A stretch of 51,836 nt of DNA from Chromera velia (taxonomy: Eukaryota): positions 1-51,836 of the forward strand of contig JAHBMJ010000273.1 in the NCBI GenBank assembly GCA_018398765.1, given 5' to 3'. Under the pieces are notes generated by a model that did not search any database, was not told where the DNA came from, and was given only the letters and a program-made list of their open reading frames with translations. The first letter of the stretch is position 1, and each line of letters opens with the position of its first letter. Positions 19,243-33,424 of this stretch are shown here, in pieces. The translations under genes and the position numbers were made by a program.

Positions 19243-20001
19243 AAAAGAGAGAGANGGGGGGGGGGAGAGAGAGAGAAGAGAGAGAGAGAGAGAAAACCAC
19301 CATGTCGAAGCCCTTTGCGCAAGATGTTCAGGTAAAAAGAAAATGCCACACAGACGGTGTAATCCAAAGTGCCCCGCCACCCACCCAGTCGCCCGATAAC
19401 CCCCTCACCTTATGTTTCAGGATAGAGACTGCGGTCCTCATATTCGTGTCCCTGCAAAGACGCGAACTCCAACGTTGATAGAGGAAACGGACAGAGAGAC
19501 GCAGTAAGTGAACAACGGCAGTGTTGCATGGAAGCAGTTTCCTACTTTGTGTCAAGGGAGTATGCCATCGATTTACAGACGAAGGAAGGTGAACAGACCA
19601 CGATGGAGTTTCCGTGTATGTAATAATATGGGTATAGTATACACGTGTGCACGGAGTCGGCCTAGTGCATGGAAGGAAAGAAACGCTGGGTGGATGCAAT
19701 CCCCAAGGCATTAAAAGAGGCAGCGAGCCCCTTCCTGGATGACAAAACTTTCACTTCATTCCCACCTGTAGAAGTGGTTCGGCCCGTCCACCTCCACGAT
19801 CAGTCTATTCCCTATCAGGACGTCACAGCTGTAGGGACCCAGGAGAATTTCAGATCTGCAAGACACAGAACGAAACGCAACACCTCCACACATACGCACT
19901 CACTGCCTGTCTCAGTCCGACACACGCGACGTATACACAATGAGAGAGAGGGCCCAGAAAACGAAAACACAAAAAAACAAAACAAACAATAAAAGCCACG
20001 C

Positions 20002-20038
<37 letters not shown>

Positions 20039-20504
20039 GCCCACCTGTGCACGAGCCCCACAGCGTTGAGTGCCTTCGAGACTGCCTTGTGAAATCTTGA
20101 AGACTTTCCCATGAAGTCTGTGTGGGTGACTGGAGAAACACGGCGCACCTGCAAAGATAAACGGGCAATAAAGAGGTGCAAGCGGGGCCATGCAGATGAG
20201 AGGATTGGAGCCAACTGAAGAACCCCGTTTTGCTTTTGTTGTTTCATTGGTGAATAAATGATGAGAGGGGTGAGAAGAAGGAAATTACACCTGCATGCAA
20301 AAGAGAAACAGGACAGGTGTGTCCAATGGACCTGCCGATGGCCGGGTGACTCTAGATGGACAAATCAGGTGACAAATAGAGCAAATCATGCTCATGCTCT
20401 GGTTCTCTTCTTTCCCGCTTGCGCATCCGAATCTTTCGGCCAGACCTTCCGGAGAAAATCCTTGGACTTGAAGGGCAAGCGCTGGAAGGCGTCGGTGTGC
20501 TGCA

Positions 20505-20565
<61 letters not shown>

Positions 20566-21807
20566 CACACAACAAACAAACAAACAAACACACAGAGATA
20601 CGCGAAATCGGACACTGTCTGACTTTCTCTGCGAAGAGTTCGATTGGCCGAAAAGAGCGAAGTGCAAGGAAAAAGGAAATACAGAAGAAAGAAAGAGAAA
20701 GAATGCCCAAAACAAACAAAGACACAAAAAAAGAAAGGCTGAAAATCGAAGAAGCCAGCATGCGCATACCAGCAGGCAAAAGAAAACCACCAAATCCTCA
20801 CACAACAATAGACTGAGGGTCTTCTCATCGCATCAATAATACATAGGACGCTTTCCAAAACATACGTGCGTTTTTCCCCCAATCCCGCGAAAAGGCAGGA
20901 GAAAAGAAGAAGCGAAAAAGCCAAAAGAATCCAGCACAACCAGCCCTTTCTTCCAGTCTGTGAGTCGACCTGACCAGCCCGCAGAAAGACAGCAAAGACA
21001 GTAGTGTGAAGGACAGAGGAATTGACTGACTGACCAGAAGACGAAGCCAAAGGTCGATGATCTGAAGTTGACTCACGGACTCGAGAGGCACCGAGCGACT
21101 GAGAGAACAAAGTGAAGAGGTAAATACGGAAAGCAAGGAGACGGAAGAGGTAGCCGGGGAGGAGAGAAGAGAAGCCTCTCTCTTACCAGACGCCAAAATA
21201 TGATACTACATCGACCAAAAAATAATGGACGGCAGGAGGCAAGAATTAAGTAGGTCAAGAGCGAACCGATCTCATTTTTCATTTCAACTACGCGCATTTC
21301 CCATTCATTCTTCGACCAAAGACCAAAGACCCGATCGTTGGAGCCGTTTCAACGACATCGAAGATGGATCGCTGTAACGAAACCACGACGACACGGTCAT
21401 GTTTAGGGAGAAAGAAAAAAATTGAGAGAGCGATCCTTTGTGTTCTCATCTCACCTGTATTCAGATGCGGTATTCAGAAGAGACGCGAAGACGTCCTCTT
21501 TCCACCGAAGCTTCGTTCCTGCATGCGGGCGGTGCATGCAGTCAGAGAGACAGCAGGCAAGATATACTATGAAACAGCATCTGCAGATTGGTGAAGAAAG
21601 AGGCACTCGCTAAGCACAACAAGAGAAAACCAAAGATCAGACAAACAGACCTGTATCAGCTATTGCTACAGCATGCAGCACGTTGAAGAGACCTTCCGCC
21701 TGCAGTCGGTGCTGTCCCTCGAAAACTTTCCCCATCAGGACATCCCAACAGTACTGGGGGCAGTGGCGCAGTTTGGCAGCTGCAACGAGGGCTTGCGCTG
21801 CCTGCAT

Positions 21808-21847
<40 letters not shown>

Positions 21848-22283
21848 GAAAGAAGGAAGGAAGGAAGAAAGAAAGAGACTCAAGGGACGCAAAAGGGACA
21901 TGCAAGAACAACTCACAGGGGGGATGATGAAACAACGGACGGGAATCCAACAGCCGAGAATCCGACGCAGAAAACGTAAAAGCGACACACTGCATTCTGC
22001 GTTTGCTGTTTTCTTCGTTTCCGACAGAAAAAGACGCAAACAGAAGAGCGACCGCGAGGAAGGAAGGCAAGGGAAAACCGACCAGGCCCGGGGTGATGTC
22101 CCACTGTTTTGCCATCAGCGTTTGCCAGAGGCGACTGAGGAAGAGGACGTCCCGATATCCCAATTCTGCAGGAAGAGGGAAGGAAAAGGCTTCATGAGAG
22201 ATCGGAAGATTAAGAGTGAAAGTGAGCCAGTAGATCGCCCCCCTGAGTCCCAAATAGAGACACACAGAAAGACTCAATGTACA

Positions 22284-22321
<38 letters not shown>

Positions 22322-25300
22322 ACACAGAGGGAGGGGGGGCGGGGTATAGAAAGGCAGACACGGAGACAAAGAGAGAGTCCACGACATGAAGGAGATCTAC
22401 TTACCTGCCAGACCGCAGGAGGCTGCAACAAGGTCGCGAGCCTGCAGAAACACACAGATGCACCAAGACAGAGAGAAAGAAACACAGCGCGCACTCTTGC
22501 GTGGCGTCCGCAGTGAAACGTCTCTCCGTTCCCCTCTCTGGCTGAAAGCTTGTCGGATACAGCCCAAATGTCTGTAAACACACAAATACATGCATACACC
22601 ATGTACACGTGCCTTCAGGCCTCCGATAGGCTGTTGGTCCCAAGAATGGAACCAACAACGTATGACAGAGCAGAAGAGAACGGAAAAAATTAGTTGTCAA
22701 CATGATCCTTTCGTCCAATCCCCTGACACACTGCGCGATAGCAAACAACAAGAACAGACACAAACAGCGACAGACGGGCCCCAACACACAAGGCAGAACG
22801 AAAGAACAATTCAGGAAACAACCGTGAAGGCGCGCGCGTGCGCGCGCACACACACACACACACACAAACCCACCTGGAGGGTCGTCATGAAAGTGCTCAC
22901 GTGCTTCAGACTGCGTCGCACGAAGGTCCTCTTGTACACGCCCAACTTGTCTGCGTATACGGAACCACAAGATGTTGTACGATTAATTTTTATCCTTGAA
23001 AGTGTTGGTTGCACTGTTGCATGCTCCCAACTTAGATGTCTCAAAATGCACACGTTTGTGAAAGCCACTTTGTATGCCTCCTTGCGCATACACACGTGCT
23101 GATATGGCCAGGCACATATTGGCTAACTGTCGTGTCTCTCTAGGAAACATCGAAGTGCCGCGACAGACTCGACTCGCAAATGAACGTCGGACTTCAATAG
23201 GGTAAGAAAGCTGCTTCTTTCAACCTCCCACCCTTTTCCTCCCGTCTCCTTTTTTCAAGAGCGACAGAGAAGCGCACCGAGTGGTCAAGAACAAGAAGAC
23301 AGGCCCTTCTGAAAAAATGGAATCCGTGAGGCAACTCTTCTTGCGACGACGTGTCTTTTCGGTGTTTCGAAGAAGATTTGAGAATTGCATGACTTACAGA
23401 GAGAGCGGAGATACCGACACAGGGAAGTCGGAGTGAAGAGTTGCACCTGCAAAAGGGAAGAAAAAAGGAAGGGAAGCAGAAGGAAGACAGACAATTTGTG
23501 CAGGGCCCCGACAAGTCAAATGCATTCCTTCCCTCCCTCCTTCCCACAGAAACGAATGGGGACACCTATCACCCCACCTTTCATGTTCCTTCATCTCCCA
23601 TATGTCCCAAGCGCAACGACCCTCCAACCCTTCCTCCCACCCCCTCCCCCTCCCCCTCGGACCCTTTCTTTGGAGTGCCTCATCAAATCCTTGAACAGGA
23701 CTTCGTGCTTGATGCCTGAGCAAGGAGCAACCGGACAATCACACATGCACACGTCAAAAGAGTAATACACCACATGAACCCAAAAAGCAAGCACGGAACG
23801 CATAAAGGTGCGGACAAGAAGCTACATAGGAAAGATTAGTGGGCTCAGTGAGGCAGCAGGAGAGGCCCAAATCGATCGAAAAAGCGATTCCTGCTTGCGT
23901 TCGTCAAAGGAGGAAAAAACAGAGACTGCGATTAATATTGACGTCGAGTACAGGGAGAGGCATGTCTCCAGGTCAACAGAGCCTTCCCTACGCAGCAGGA
24001 AACCGACTAACCGAGCTTGCCGCACGCATGCGCCACACTGGCAATGTCGTCAGTTGAGAGGAGGTGGAGCCTTTGGAGAACCTGCAACCATATCACGACC
24101 ACCCATGCAAACCACAAACAAAGGAATCGGTACACAAACATGCGTATGTACACAGAGAGACAGGCAGAGAGATGGGGCCTACGCTGGCGTGACGTAAAGA
24201 GAGTCACACAATGTGCAAGAAACACCTCAACCAACCAGTGAAGTAGCTCACCAATCCCACCTCCCCCCTGCACAGTCCTCGACACCCACCTGCGTTGTAA
24301 TGAAGGGCTCGAAGTCTTTCGAATTGTAACCTGACATGCCTGCACGGTCATTTGCACACAAACAGGGAAGTTCATCTCATGCGGAACAGTGCGTTGCAGT
24401 GTGCATGACGATATGAAATCGCAATCGTTTTTGGATTTACATACGAACACGCGTAGACTGTTCTTTGACTTCACAGGATGCACACATGCAGAAGCAAAGA
24501 TCCGTAAAAAACGACAACGCACATCTGGAGTGGTGTGGTATTGACAAAGAGCCCACTCATGCAGTGCCGATAGACGGATAGCCGCACTGACAAAAAGGTC
24601 GGAGACCGGCAAAAACGAGAAAGGCAACTGAGGAAAATGAGAAGGAAAAAACAAATGGGTACGTGAATTGATGAATGAATGAATGAGTCGATTTTTGGAT
24701 CGACAAAGAGGGGCCAGAAAGCGACAAAAAGTAAATGCACGAAGAAAAGCAAACTGCCGCAAGAAAATGATAAGCTACTTCCACTGGCTTTGTTGGATTG
24801 AGGACCCCCTTGCCTCGACTCGCCCCGTCTCTCTCTCTCTCTCTCTCTCTCTCGACTGACTGAAGGCTCGGAGGATCATCGCCAACGTCTGTCCGTCTGC
24901 CTCCTTGTCGCCTGTCTTTTCTGCACGGGACCCTGCCTGCAACCATCCATCCATCCATCGATTCATCCATTCGATCGATCATGCAGATGCTGATCGTGTC
25001 AGACCCTCAACCTGCCGGTCCGTTGGGTGTGGTCTAGTGGGTCTGTCGCGTGTGAAGCGAGCGCCTTTGCCTGCCGCACATTCTTCCACGTGCCCCTGCA
25101 CGTGTAGTGTGAGCTGTAAGCTCAATGCACGCAAAATGAATTGGTCCAAGGTGAATGGAATTCGCCAAACGAATCAAAAGGGGCAAAGACAAACAGACAG
25201 AGCTGGGAACAGAGCTGCATCCATGTCCTGCATCCACACCTGTTTCATCATTGAGACAAGGACGAAAAAGACGCGGCGATCCTGAAGGCCCATCTTTGCA

Positions 25301-28300
25301 AACGCGTGCGCTGCAGTCATGCAGAGAGCAAAGAAAGGAAAGCATGTTTCAAATTCAAATGAAGTTTCTACGAGAGTAACAGACATTTATTTGTTGCCCT
25401 CGGCATATGCATATCTGTGTGTGTGTGCGTGCGCGCGCGCGCTCGTGTGCGCTCGTAGAGGCTTGTTTGTCCAGAAACACGGGGGAGTCCAGAATTCTCC
25501 CTAATCAGAGTGCCAAACCGACGATGCACTTTCTTCGCATGGCCGTCAATTTGCTCACGCTCGAGAAATCCACAATTCGTGTCTCTTCGTTTTTCGGGAT
25601 GGACGAACGGAAATGCATTTATTATTGTTCAAGTGTGTCTTCCCTGCGGAAAACCCATCATCCAGCCACTTTCATGGACAAAGAAGAGATGTAAGTCAAC
25701 GACCCCACAAAGACCGACAGACCTATTTGGGATAAAGACCTCAGGCTGAAAGAGAAGTGAGGCAGATTTCTTCCAATTGTGCCCCGAAATATAATCTCAT
25801 CTGCAGCATAACCGAAACAAAACAATTGCACAGAATCAAGAGAAGAGAAGAGAAGAGAAGAGAAGAGACGAGAAGAGAAGAGAAGAGAAGAGAAGAGAAA
25901 AGAAGAGGAGAGAAAAAAGAGGAGACGGAATAAACCATCATGCACCTAGCGCTCCCACCTGCAGTGTCAACAGCTGCGTATGTATGTGTGCGTGTGTGTA
26001 CGTGTATGTTCCTTTGTCCCTTTTCCGTTGTCTTGTCTAGATTCTTGTCTGATCGATCTGTATGTCTGCTTTCAGTGCGATTTTGTTTGATTCGAGGGAG
26101 ATCTTCCTTTGTGTTGCTTTGTCATTTATTTTGTCAAGAGGGCGACACCACAAGGAAAGGAGAACACCATGCAGGCATCAACTCTCTAGCTAACTTGCAC
26201 CCTTGACTGAATGTCTGACACACAAGAGAGAGAGCCGCGTTTTCTTTTTTTTTTTTCCTGTCTGCTCCCTCCCCTTCTGTTCTCTCCCAGTCCTCTCCTC
26301 ACCCGCAATGGAGGCAAAAAGGTCCCTGTTCCGGATTTCCAACCTGCACCCACAAAGAAATCCTCTAGCTCTGAGACTTACCCACCAAAATTGAATGCAA
26401 CTCTAGCCCCCGTCTACGAGCGGGGCCGCGGAGTAAGAGAAAGAACAAAAGAGAAGACGGCAGAGGACGGGAGGAAGGCGGAAAGGAAGGAAAACAGAAA
26501 TGAAAGGAACCGAAATTCCATGCTTCCTTTCTTCTCCTCTACCTTGCTTGCTCTTTCGCGCCGAAGCTGCCTTCCAGCCCACGGGAGCATTTTCTTGCCC
26601 TCCTTTCTTTCAACGATGCACATGACACGCATGTAGATTGCAGCGCTAAGGTTTCTCAGCAAAGAGGCGAGACACTTGGACAGACATCAGGAGGAAGAAA
26701 ACGGGGAGCAATGTAAATGACCTCGAAAAAGCACTCGCCAGGTTTGCCAGCTCTCTGCAGAAACAGCCACCGCAGCACGGAAATGTTCAAAAGAGAATGT
26801 ACAGACTGTTGCTTTGAAATGGAAACTTTTTTTTCACCCTCTGCATGACCAAACACAGCAGCAACGCAGCATTTGGCAGGGCGACATGTCAATTCACCAA
26901 AGTCCTCTTCAACATCAACAGGATTTGCTCTGCAGCCAGCAAAAGGCGAAAGGGAGAAACGAAACGGAAAGTCGTCCCCATTTTTCATGGGTTCTCTGCG
27001 ACAGGCTGCCCCTCTCGCGTATTTCTGCGCACTTTTATTGTCGCCATACGTTTATTCAAGCGAAGAAAAAAGTTTTTCTGCATTGGACACATAATCATCT
27101 TCTCCCTTTCCTGGGCCTTCGACGCTCTACAAAAGCAGCACATTCCTCCTCCAGTCACCAACAGATCTTTCTCCCGCCCTTACTCTGTCTGCCACAGACT
27201 GACTGACTGACTCTCCATTGAAGTCTCCCATCTTTCTTGTCGCCATCATCCCTATTCTTTTGAACAGAGCGTCATGCTTCACCCCTGCCTTCGCATACGC
27301 CCCAGCCACATTTGATAAGGACTGCGCAGAACTCTCGCGTACCTTGGCACAGAACTGCATCCAACTCTCAAACACAGAAAAACAAGAAAGAGGCATATGT
27401 CAACAAGACAAGATCGTTCGGAAGGCAACAGGCATTAAAAAAACGTACCTGAAATGCTAGGAATAAAACAAATGTATTTCGTGACCATATCCTCCTCACA
27501 GGCTTCTTTCACAATATAGAAAGGGGAGGGAAAGGAAAGTACAAGACGTCGCCTTCTTCCTGCATGCAACACAAGACGCCAGCCAACAATGAAGCCCTCA
27601 GTGAACCTTCCCTTTGAAGGTCAAACTAAACCCCCGCATGTTTTCTTCTCTCGTACCTACCCGAGGGGCAATCTCTGCGAAAAGTCTAGGCTCGATGAAC
27701 TCCAGCTTGGCGAATGCGTTCACCAGGTTGCTCATATTCTGTTGGTTGGGAGCAACAAAGGGGGGATCAAATGCACATGCAGAGGGTATACACACAGACA
27801 AAGAAACATGCGGAAGAAAGGAGAGGGAGAAATTTGCTCAAAAGAAGGGGCGGAAGGCGAGAAACAGAGAGAAATGTAGTACGAACAGAGCAACGAGTCC
27901 TGAAACCTCACAAGCTGTCACGCGCGAGTGCGTCACAGACTGACAAGAAGGGGGGTCAGGTGAGGGAAGAAATTTGCTTTTCTGCCTAGCTTCTGCAATT
28001 GTGCTTCCTACCAACCTGGGTGTTCAGCTCGTCTGCCTTCACGACTGCGCAGTCGGCAATGGATCTGCAGAGATTCTCGGGATAAAGGGGAAGAAGGAAC
28101 ATCGATGCCAAGTTCATAGAGACCTTTCTAGTCACCTGAGTTGCACTGAAGGTTCATGAGTCATAATGTGTATTTATGCCAACAGTGGCCAAAGATCTCG
28201 GATCACACTGGAGCCATGTGTAGGTGGTTCCCTTTCTCCTTCTCCTAACCTTGTGGAGGCCTCTTCTTTGTTCTTCCGGTTTCTTTTCGCGCTACATTTT

Positions 28301-30161
28301 CTCCACACTCCCCATCTGCTTGCCACACTGCCATTTCATCCGCTTAAAGTCCTAGTCTCTGTGAACTTCACCACCCCCGTCACATCAGACCACATATACA
28401 AGAAACAAACATACCTGTGCATGCTTAGCATCTTGAAATCAAAGCAGACACCCGCATTCATGGATGGGCACACCTGAGAAGCGCCAGATTGCGGATTTCC
28501 ATCTGGGCGTAGGCGTTTGCGACAATTGCGAGCTCTGTGGCCGAAAAGCTCCCACTTTGGAGCGCTGCATGCTGAGCTGCTGCTTGGAAAAGCTGCGACA
28601 TTCAGACACACCTCCAGTCAATGGGGACGTTATCTCACCTCGATCAACATCGGAAAGGGATTTCAGGACAGGAAAGAGAGCAGATGAAATGGGCCTGATA
28701 AAAAGAAGAGGAATCGCAGTGTGAAGATGATCGCTAATGTCAGAGAGAAAAAAACGAAGAAGAAACATTGAGAGACGAGAAGGAGGCTGCCCTTTTAGTG
28801 GTCGAGTCTGCTGACCTTCTCATGAGGAAAACGCAGAAAGGCGAACGTGTTGAGAAGGAAGAGGAAGTCTGTGGGTGTGAACGTTTTCGCAAGAGCAGCA
28901 CTCCTGAAAGAAACACCCACAGACAGACAGGCCGACAGGAAGACGGTCAATCAACCAGCTAGATTGATCAATTCACACACAGAGCGGAATAGGGCAGGCG
29001 GGCAGGAGATGAGTTGAGGTGGGGGTCCTTTCATTGTCAAAAAGAAGGGAGGGAGGGAGGGAGGGAGGGAGGAAGGGAGTGAGGGAGGGAAGAAAAGGAA
29101 AAGGACAGCCGATCCAGAAAGGGTCCCCGAATGAACCCGGATTTGTCTTGCTTTGCCTGTCTCTCTGTACCTTCTTGCCCCCTTTCATTGAAGCTACAGT
29201 TTCCTTGTCTTCACTGCACGAAATGCTCTCTCTGTTTTTGAATCAGTTTTTCTGATAAGTGAAGTTGCCTGTTCTAGAACTTCCACCTTCCTTCTTGCCA
29301 ATAGAACAAACATCTTCCGTCTCGCTCATAGAGAAGTCTTTAAACACGACCGAGGCTACGAAAAGACACACCTGTCTCCGGCCTTTTTGAGGAAAGCAGG
29401 GAAAACGGGATGCGAGTCCAGTCGAAGGTGCAAAAGTCTGATGGCCCTGCAGTCAGTGATGAGATCAAGAACACCGAACGTTGCTTCGTTTCCGTTTGCT
29501 CAACGAACTCACTAAGAAGAGCAAGGAAGGGAGGGTAACCCAGAAATAAGGGAAGCTCCCTCCGAAAGAAGCCGAGTGTCCCTCGGCCGATGCAAGCCTA
29601 CTCGTGTCAACTCAGAACCCTGTTCGTGTCTTTTTCCCCTGTGTCACATGGGAACCGCGCCGTCACCGCAGACGCATTGACTTCGTTTCCCTTCCAGCTC
29701 GCTCTCTCTCAAATTCTCTAGGAGAACGCGACCAGATCCACAGCAGACAGGAGGAACCGGGCCAGAAGGCCCTCTGTCCAGACATACTGTGTCTCCCCAC
29801 AAAACCAACCGAACGCATCTCCGGATGCTCGTGGCATCCAAATCCTTCATGTCCTGCACGCACACACATACACAGGGGACAAAAAAAAAGAACGAGGGCG
29901 GATCGATCGAGGCATACAATCAAACAGGCAAGTACCGGGATCAGCGCCGAATAAGAAACAGTGCGGAGAGAATGCATATGCATAGGAATGCCGGGTCAGA
30001 TGCTGCCTCCAAATGAATGCTGGAGGGAGAGAGGACGAACTGCATGGAGGAACAAAAGAGGTGCATGCAGGCGCGGATCTAGATATGCCTTTTTCCCTCT
30101 CCGTAGTCTCCCTCTTTCTCATTTACCTCGACACGCACACACACAAGCACACGCACACACG

Positions 30162-30236
<75 letters not shown>

Positions 30237-30237
30237 T

Positions 30238-30276
<39 letters not shown>

Positions 30277-30335
30277 ACACTCACACACACACTCACAAAC
30301 ACACACACACACGCACGCACTCACTCTCACACACA

Positions 30336-30370
<35 letters not shown>

Positions 30371-31148
30371 GGCGCACGACGCTCCTTTGCATTGATTTCG
30401 CCTTTCCTATGTTGGGCCAGGTGAAAGGGACAAAAGACGTCATAGACAGTAACCAAAAGAACGAGGCACTGAGGGCATTGTGATTCCTTCAACATGCAGG
30501 TCCTTTTCCTTTAGCATTTCAGAAGGGATGGGCCCCTAGCTTCTACTGACTTCCACGATTTTGGAGTAGAGCATCCAGAGCGTTTTGCGGGGGCGCAATC
30601 CCAACTTCCCGCAAGCATGCACAACGGATACTGTGCACACTCACATAGACACCACAAAGGGAGGAGGGAGGGGAATGGACATACAGGCGTCACACAATGC
30701 AGGGAAGGAAAGCAAGGAAATTGCAGACAGAAACAAACAGTGCTCGCAGTCAGAACACTGTTGCTAGCATATCAAGATTCATTTAGTGATCAAATGGAGA
30801 AATGGTACACGAAACATAAAAGAGTCTGCCGGAGTTTTCAGGGAAAAAGCGAGAGTCTGTGCGAAACCACCGATAGTCTATGATAGCAAGTTCTCAATAC
30901 AGACGAGGTCTGGTCGAACACGGTCGTGCACTGTCTCATATCTCATCGCTTCGCACTTCCCTCCCACCTGCGTCCCTCGAGGAAACTGCGAATTCGGATT
31001 GCCTCACAACTCGGAGCAGGGAGGTTGCAGTGGTGCCGTGGACTTCTTTGCCGGGATACCTGCACACTCGCTTGCGTACACTCACTCACATGCACGCACA
31101 CACAGACAGAGACGTGGAGAAAGGAATCGAAGGAACTCAGCTTGAGAT

Positions 31149-31192
<44 letters not shown>

Positions 31193-32422
31193 GACCACAC
31201 AGAAAACAAAAGCAACACTGCCTGCGAGTGCGCTCGCCGCATTCGTTTTCGGCAACCCCCTGGCACAGAGAGGAAGGGAAAAACTGTCCAGGTGGAGGAG
31301 GATGGAGACATCCACAAGAGCAAAAAAGACAGGACGCACAAAACAAAAAAACAAAGGAACAGAGACTGAGAAACGTGACTGAAAGGAAAGGAAAAACGAC
31401 CCACGCCGCAATGTTCTGAAGGATTTCTGCCACGTCCGATGGCAAGAGCGGTTTCGTTTTATCTCTCGCCTGCACTCACGAGAACGTTTCACATCGCAGC
31501 TCATTCACTTTTTTCACTCAGGAGAGGACAGCAAAGCTACGGCTGTTGCCCTGTCTGCACCCCTTTGTCCATTCTCTCTTGTACGAAAAGAAACGAAAAA
31601 GATAAGCAAGACAAAGAAATAATAGAAACGCATGAACGACCCACCGCCCCACACAAAATGGAATAAGATTGGAAATCGCAGCAGAGGGAGGGAAGCAATG
31701 GCCCCTTACTGAGCCGTGCAAATAGCAGGCCTGGCTGACCAACAAAAAAGAAAACGGTAACCTCATTGAAAAAAGAGGTTCGGCGGACAAAGGAAGGAAA
31801 GCAACCTAAATCGGGATGGGTTGATCTTTCTACATAGCATGCCGCACTCAACCAACGCATCCGAGCAGCCAACCAGAACCGATGACAATTGAAGAAAGCA
31901 AAAATGTCGCGCGCCATAGAAAAAAAAAGAGAAGACGCAATCCCCGAAAGAAGACAATGGACCTACTCGTGCACACACAGCCTCCCAGTACTCTGCATTG
32001 AAAGGAACTTCTTGAAGTTCTGCAGAGAGCAGAGAGAGAAAGAGAAAGAGTGGCTGGGAGCTCATCATTCGAGGAGATGTGGAAAGACGCACAGGCAAAC
32101 TAAATCAAAGTCGGAGACGCAGCAAGAAAGATGGGCAGACAGAAAGATAGACAGACAACCCAACAAAAGGAGAAAGGACGGACAGATATGCAGATAAATG
32201 GCCTGTGCGACCGGTGAGCAGAGAGGCAGATGGAGACATTTGTATCTGGCAATAGTACATATCCAAAAAGAGAGAACAGTTCACCGCCAAGCACATCCGA
32301 AAAAGCCGACATGAAAAAGAGGGAAGGTGTACTAACTCACTGACTTTGGAACGTTCTCACGAGTGTGTGTCTGTCTATCGAGGGAACCTGACTGAGGGGA
32401 GGGAGGTCCTGCAAACACACAC

Positions 32423-32453
<31 letters not shown>

Positions 32454-32826
32454 CCAGCCGAATGGAAATCTAGAAGAGAAAAACATGGTGCTACTTGAAG
32501 CATGTGTAGAGATCCGAGAGCCCCCGTCTACCCGAACTTGCACAGAGAGATGGATGCATTTTCTGGCTATTTTCTGTATCTGAATCTCTTTTGTGTTTTC
32601 GGGGGTGAGGCACGCTGCTGACTGGGTGTGGCGGTTGGTCTGGGGCTTTCTCTTCCTTAGGGTCCATGGGGATGACTGTGATCTTCCGCTGGGCGCTCCG
32701 AGATGTGTGCAGTTTGCGTGAGACTGATCGGACAGAGGAAAGTCGGATGGATCCTCCACGGGGGGGGCAGAGGGCCGCCTGCTGCCCTGAGAGACGGGCG
32801 GAGACGGCAGACACTCTAGACGACAT
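18517..32826 (-). CDS. Mitochondrion-targeted helical-repeat (HPR/OPR-like) RNA-binding protein with C-terminal RAP domain, more than 20 exons
   Basis: N-terminus MSSRVSAVSARLSGQQ...RSVSRKLHTSRS is Arg/Ser-rich and lacks acidic residues. Phase-consistent repeat exons: FTPTDFLFLLNTFAFLRFPHEK, FSATELAIVANAYAQMEIRNLALL, LNTQNMSNLVNAFAKLEFIEPRLF, SAQSLSNVAGAYAKAGVKHDALF, ELANLASAFSR. RAP domain: SSRFHKAVSKAL...SEILLGPYSCDVLIGNRLIVEVDGPNHFYRDT...LKHKILEGLGFTVRRVTYQEW (~20100-18985). The last exon and some internal exons are uncertain. Confidence 0.85.
30133..30370. repeat. (CA)n/(GA)n compound microsatellite in an intron of the RAP gene
   Basis: Direct reading. Confidence 0.95.
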
Positions 32827-33032
32827 CTCTGTCTCTTGAAAGATGCACGCGTCTCCTCACATTTCTCAAGGCCAAAAGGGTTCTGGTCGTTCTACCATCC
32901 CTCCCTGAAACAGTACGCGAAAGCTGCTTGCATGTTCTCGGCATAAGTCGAAAGTGGCTCCTGCGAATATGTCACCAAAACATCTGTCAGATTCAATTGC
33001 GCAGAGGGCTGGTGTAGTCGAGGCATGGAAAG

Positions 33033-33130
33033 GGAGACGGCATCCATGCACTTTATAGGAGGAGACGGCATGCATGGAGACGGCCGAATCCATGGAGACG
33101 GAATGTATCGATCGATGCACACAGAGACGG
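33033..33130. promoter_or_regulatory. Cluster of (CAT)GGAGACGG motifs in the divergent RAP/BPNT1 intergenic region
   Basis: GGAGACGG at 33033, 33061, 33076 and 33094, and AGAGACGG at 33123, between ATGs at 32826(-) and 33425(+). The core resembles the Toxoplasma WGAGACG cis-element. Confidence 0.55.
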
Positions 33131-33424
33131 CGAGATGGAAAAGAAGTGGTCACTTAGTGGTGAGACAACCTTGGAGTCTTGGGATAGAGCGCTGGCACTC
33201 TCCTCAGCATCTGTGTTCTCGAGTCCTGCACCGTTTTTGAAATGCAAACAGCTGTCAGAAGAACAAAGTGCCGTGGGGAGAAAGCAAGAACGCCTGTAGT
33301 TTGCGGCGACGGTTGCTGAACTCGAGTCAGATAGGTCTCCTTCTTTCTTTCTACCGAAGGTCCTTTCGGTCTCTGTTTCGTCCCAATCCCATAGAGAGAT
33401 CCCCTTGTGCTGTTCTCATCCAGA

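Noticed and set aside
19255..19255. N base or possible frameshift
   Set aside because: An assembly ambiguity inside an intronic GA/G tract, with no coding consequence.
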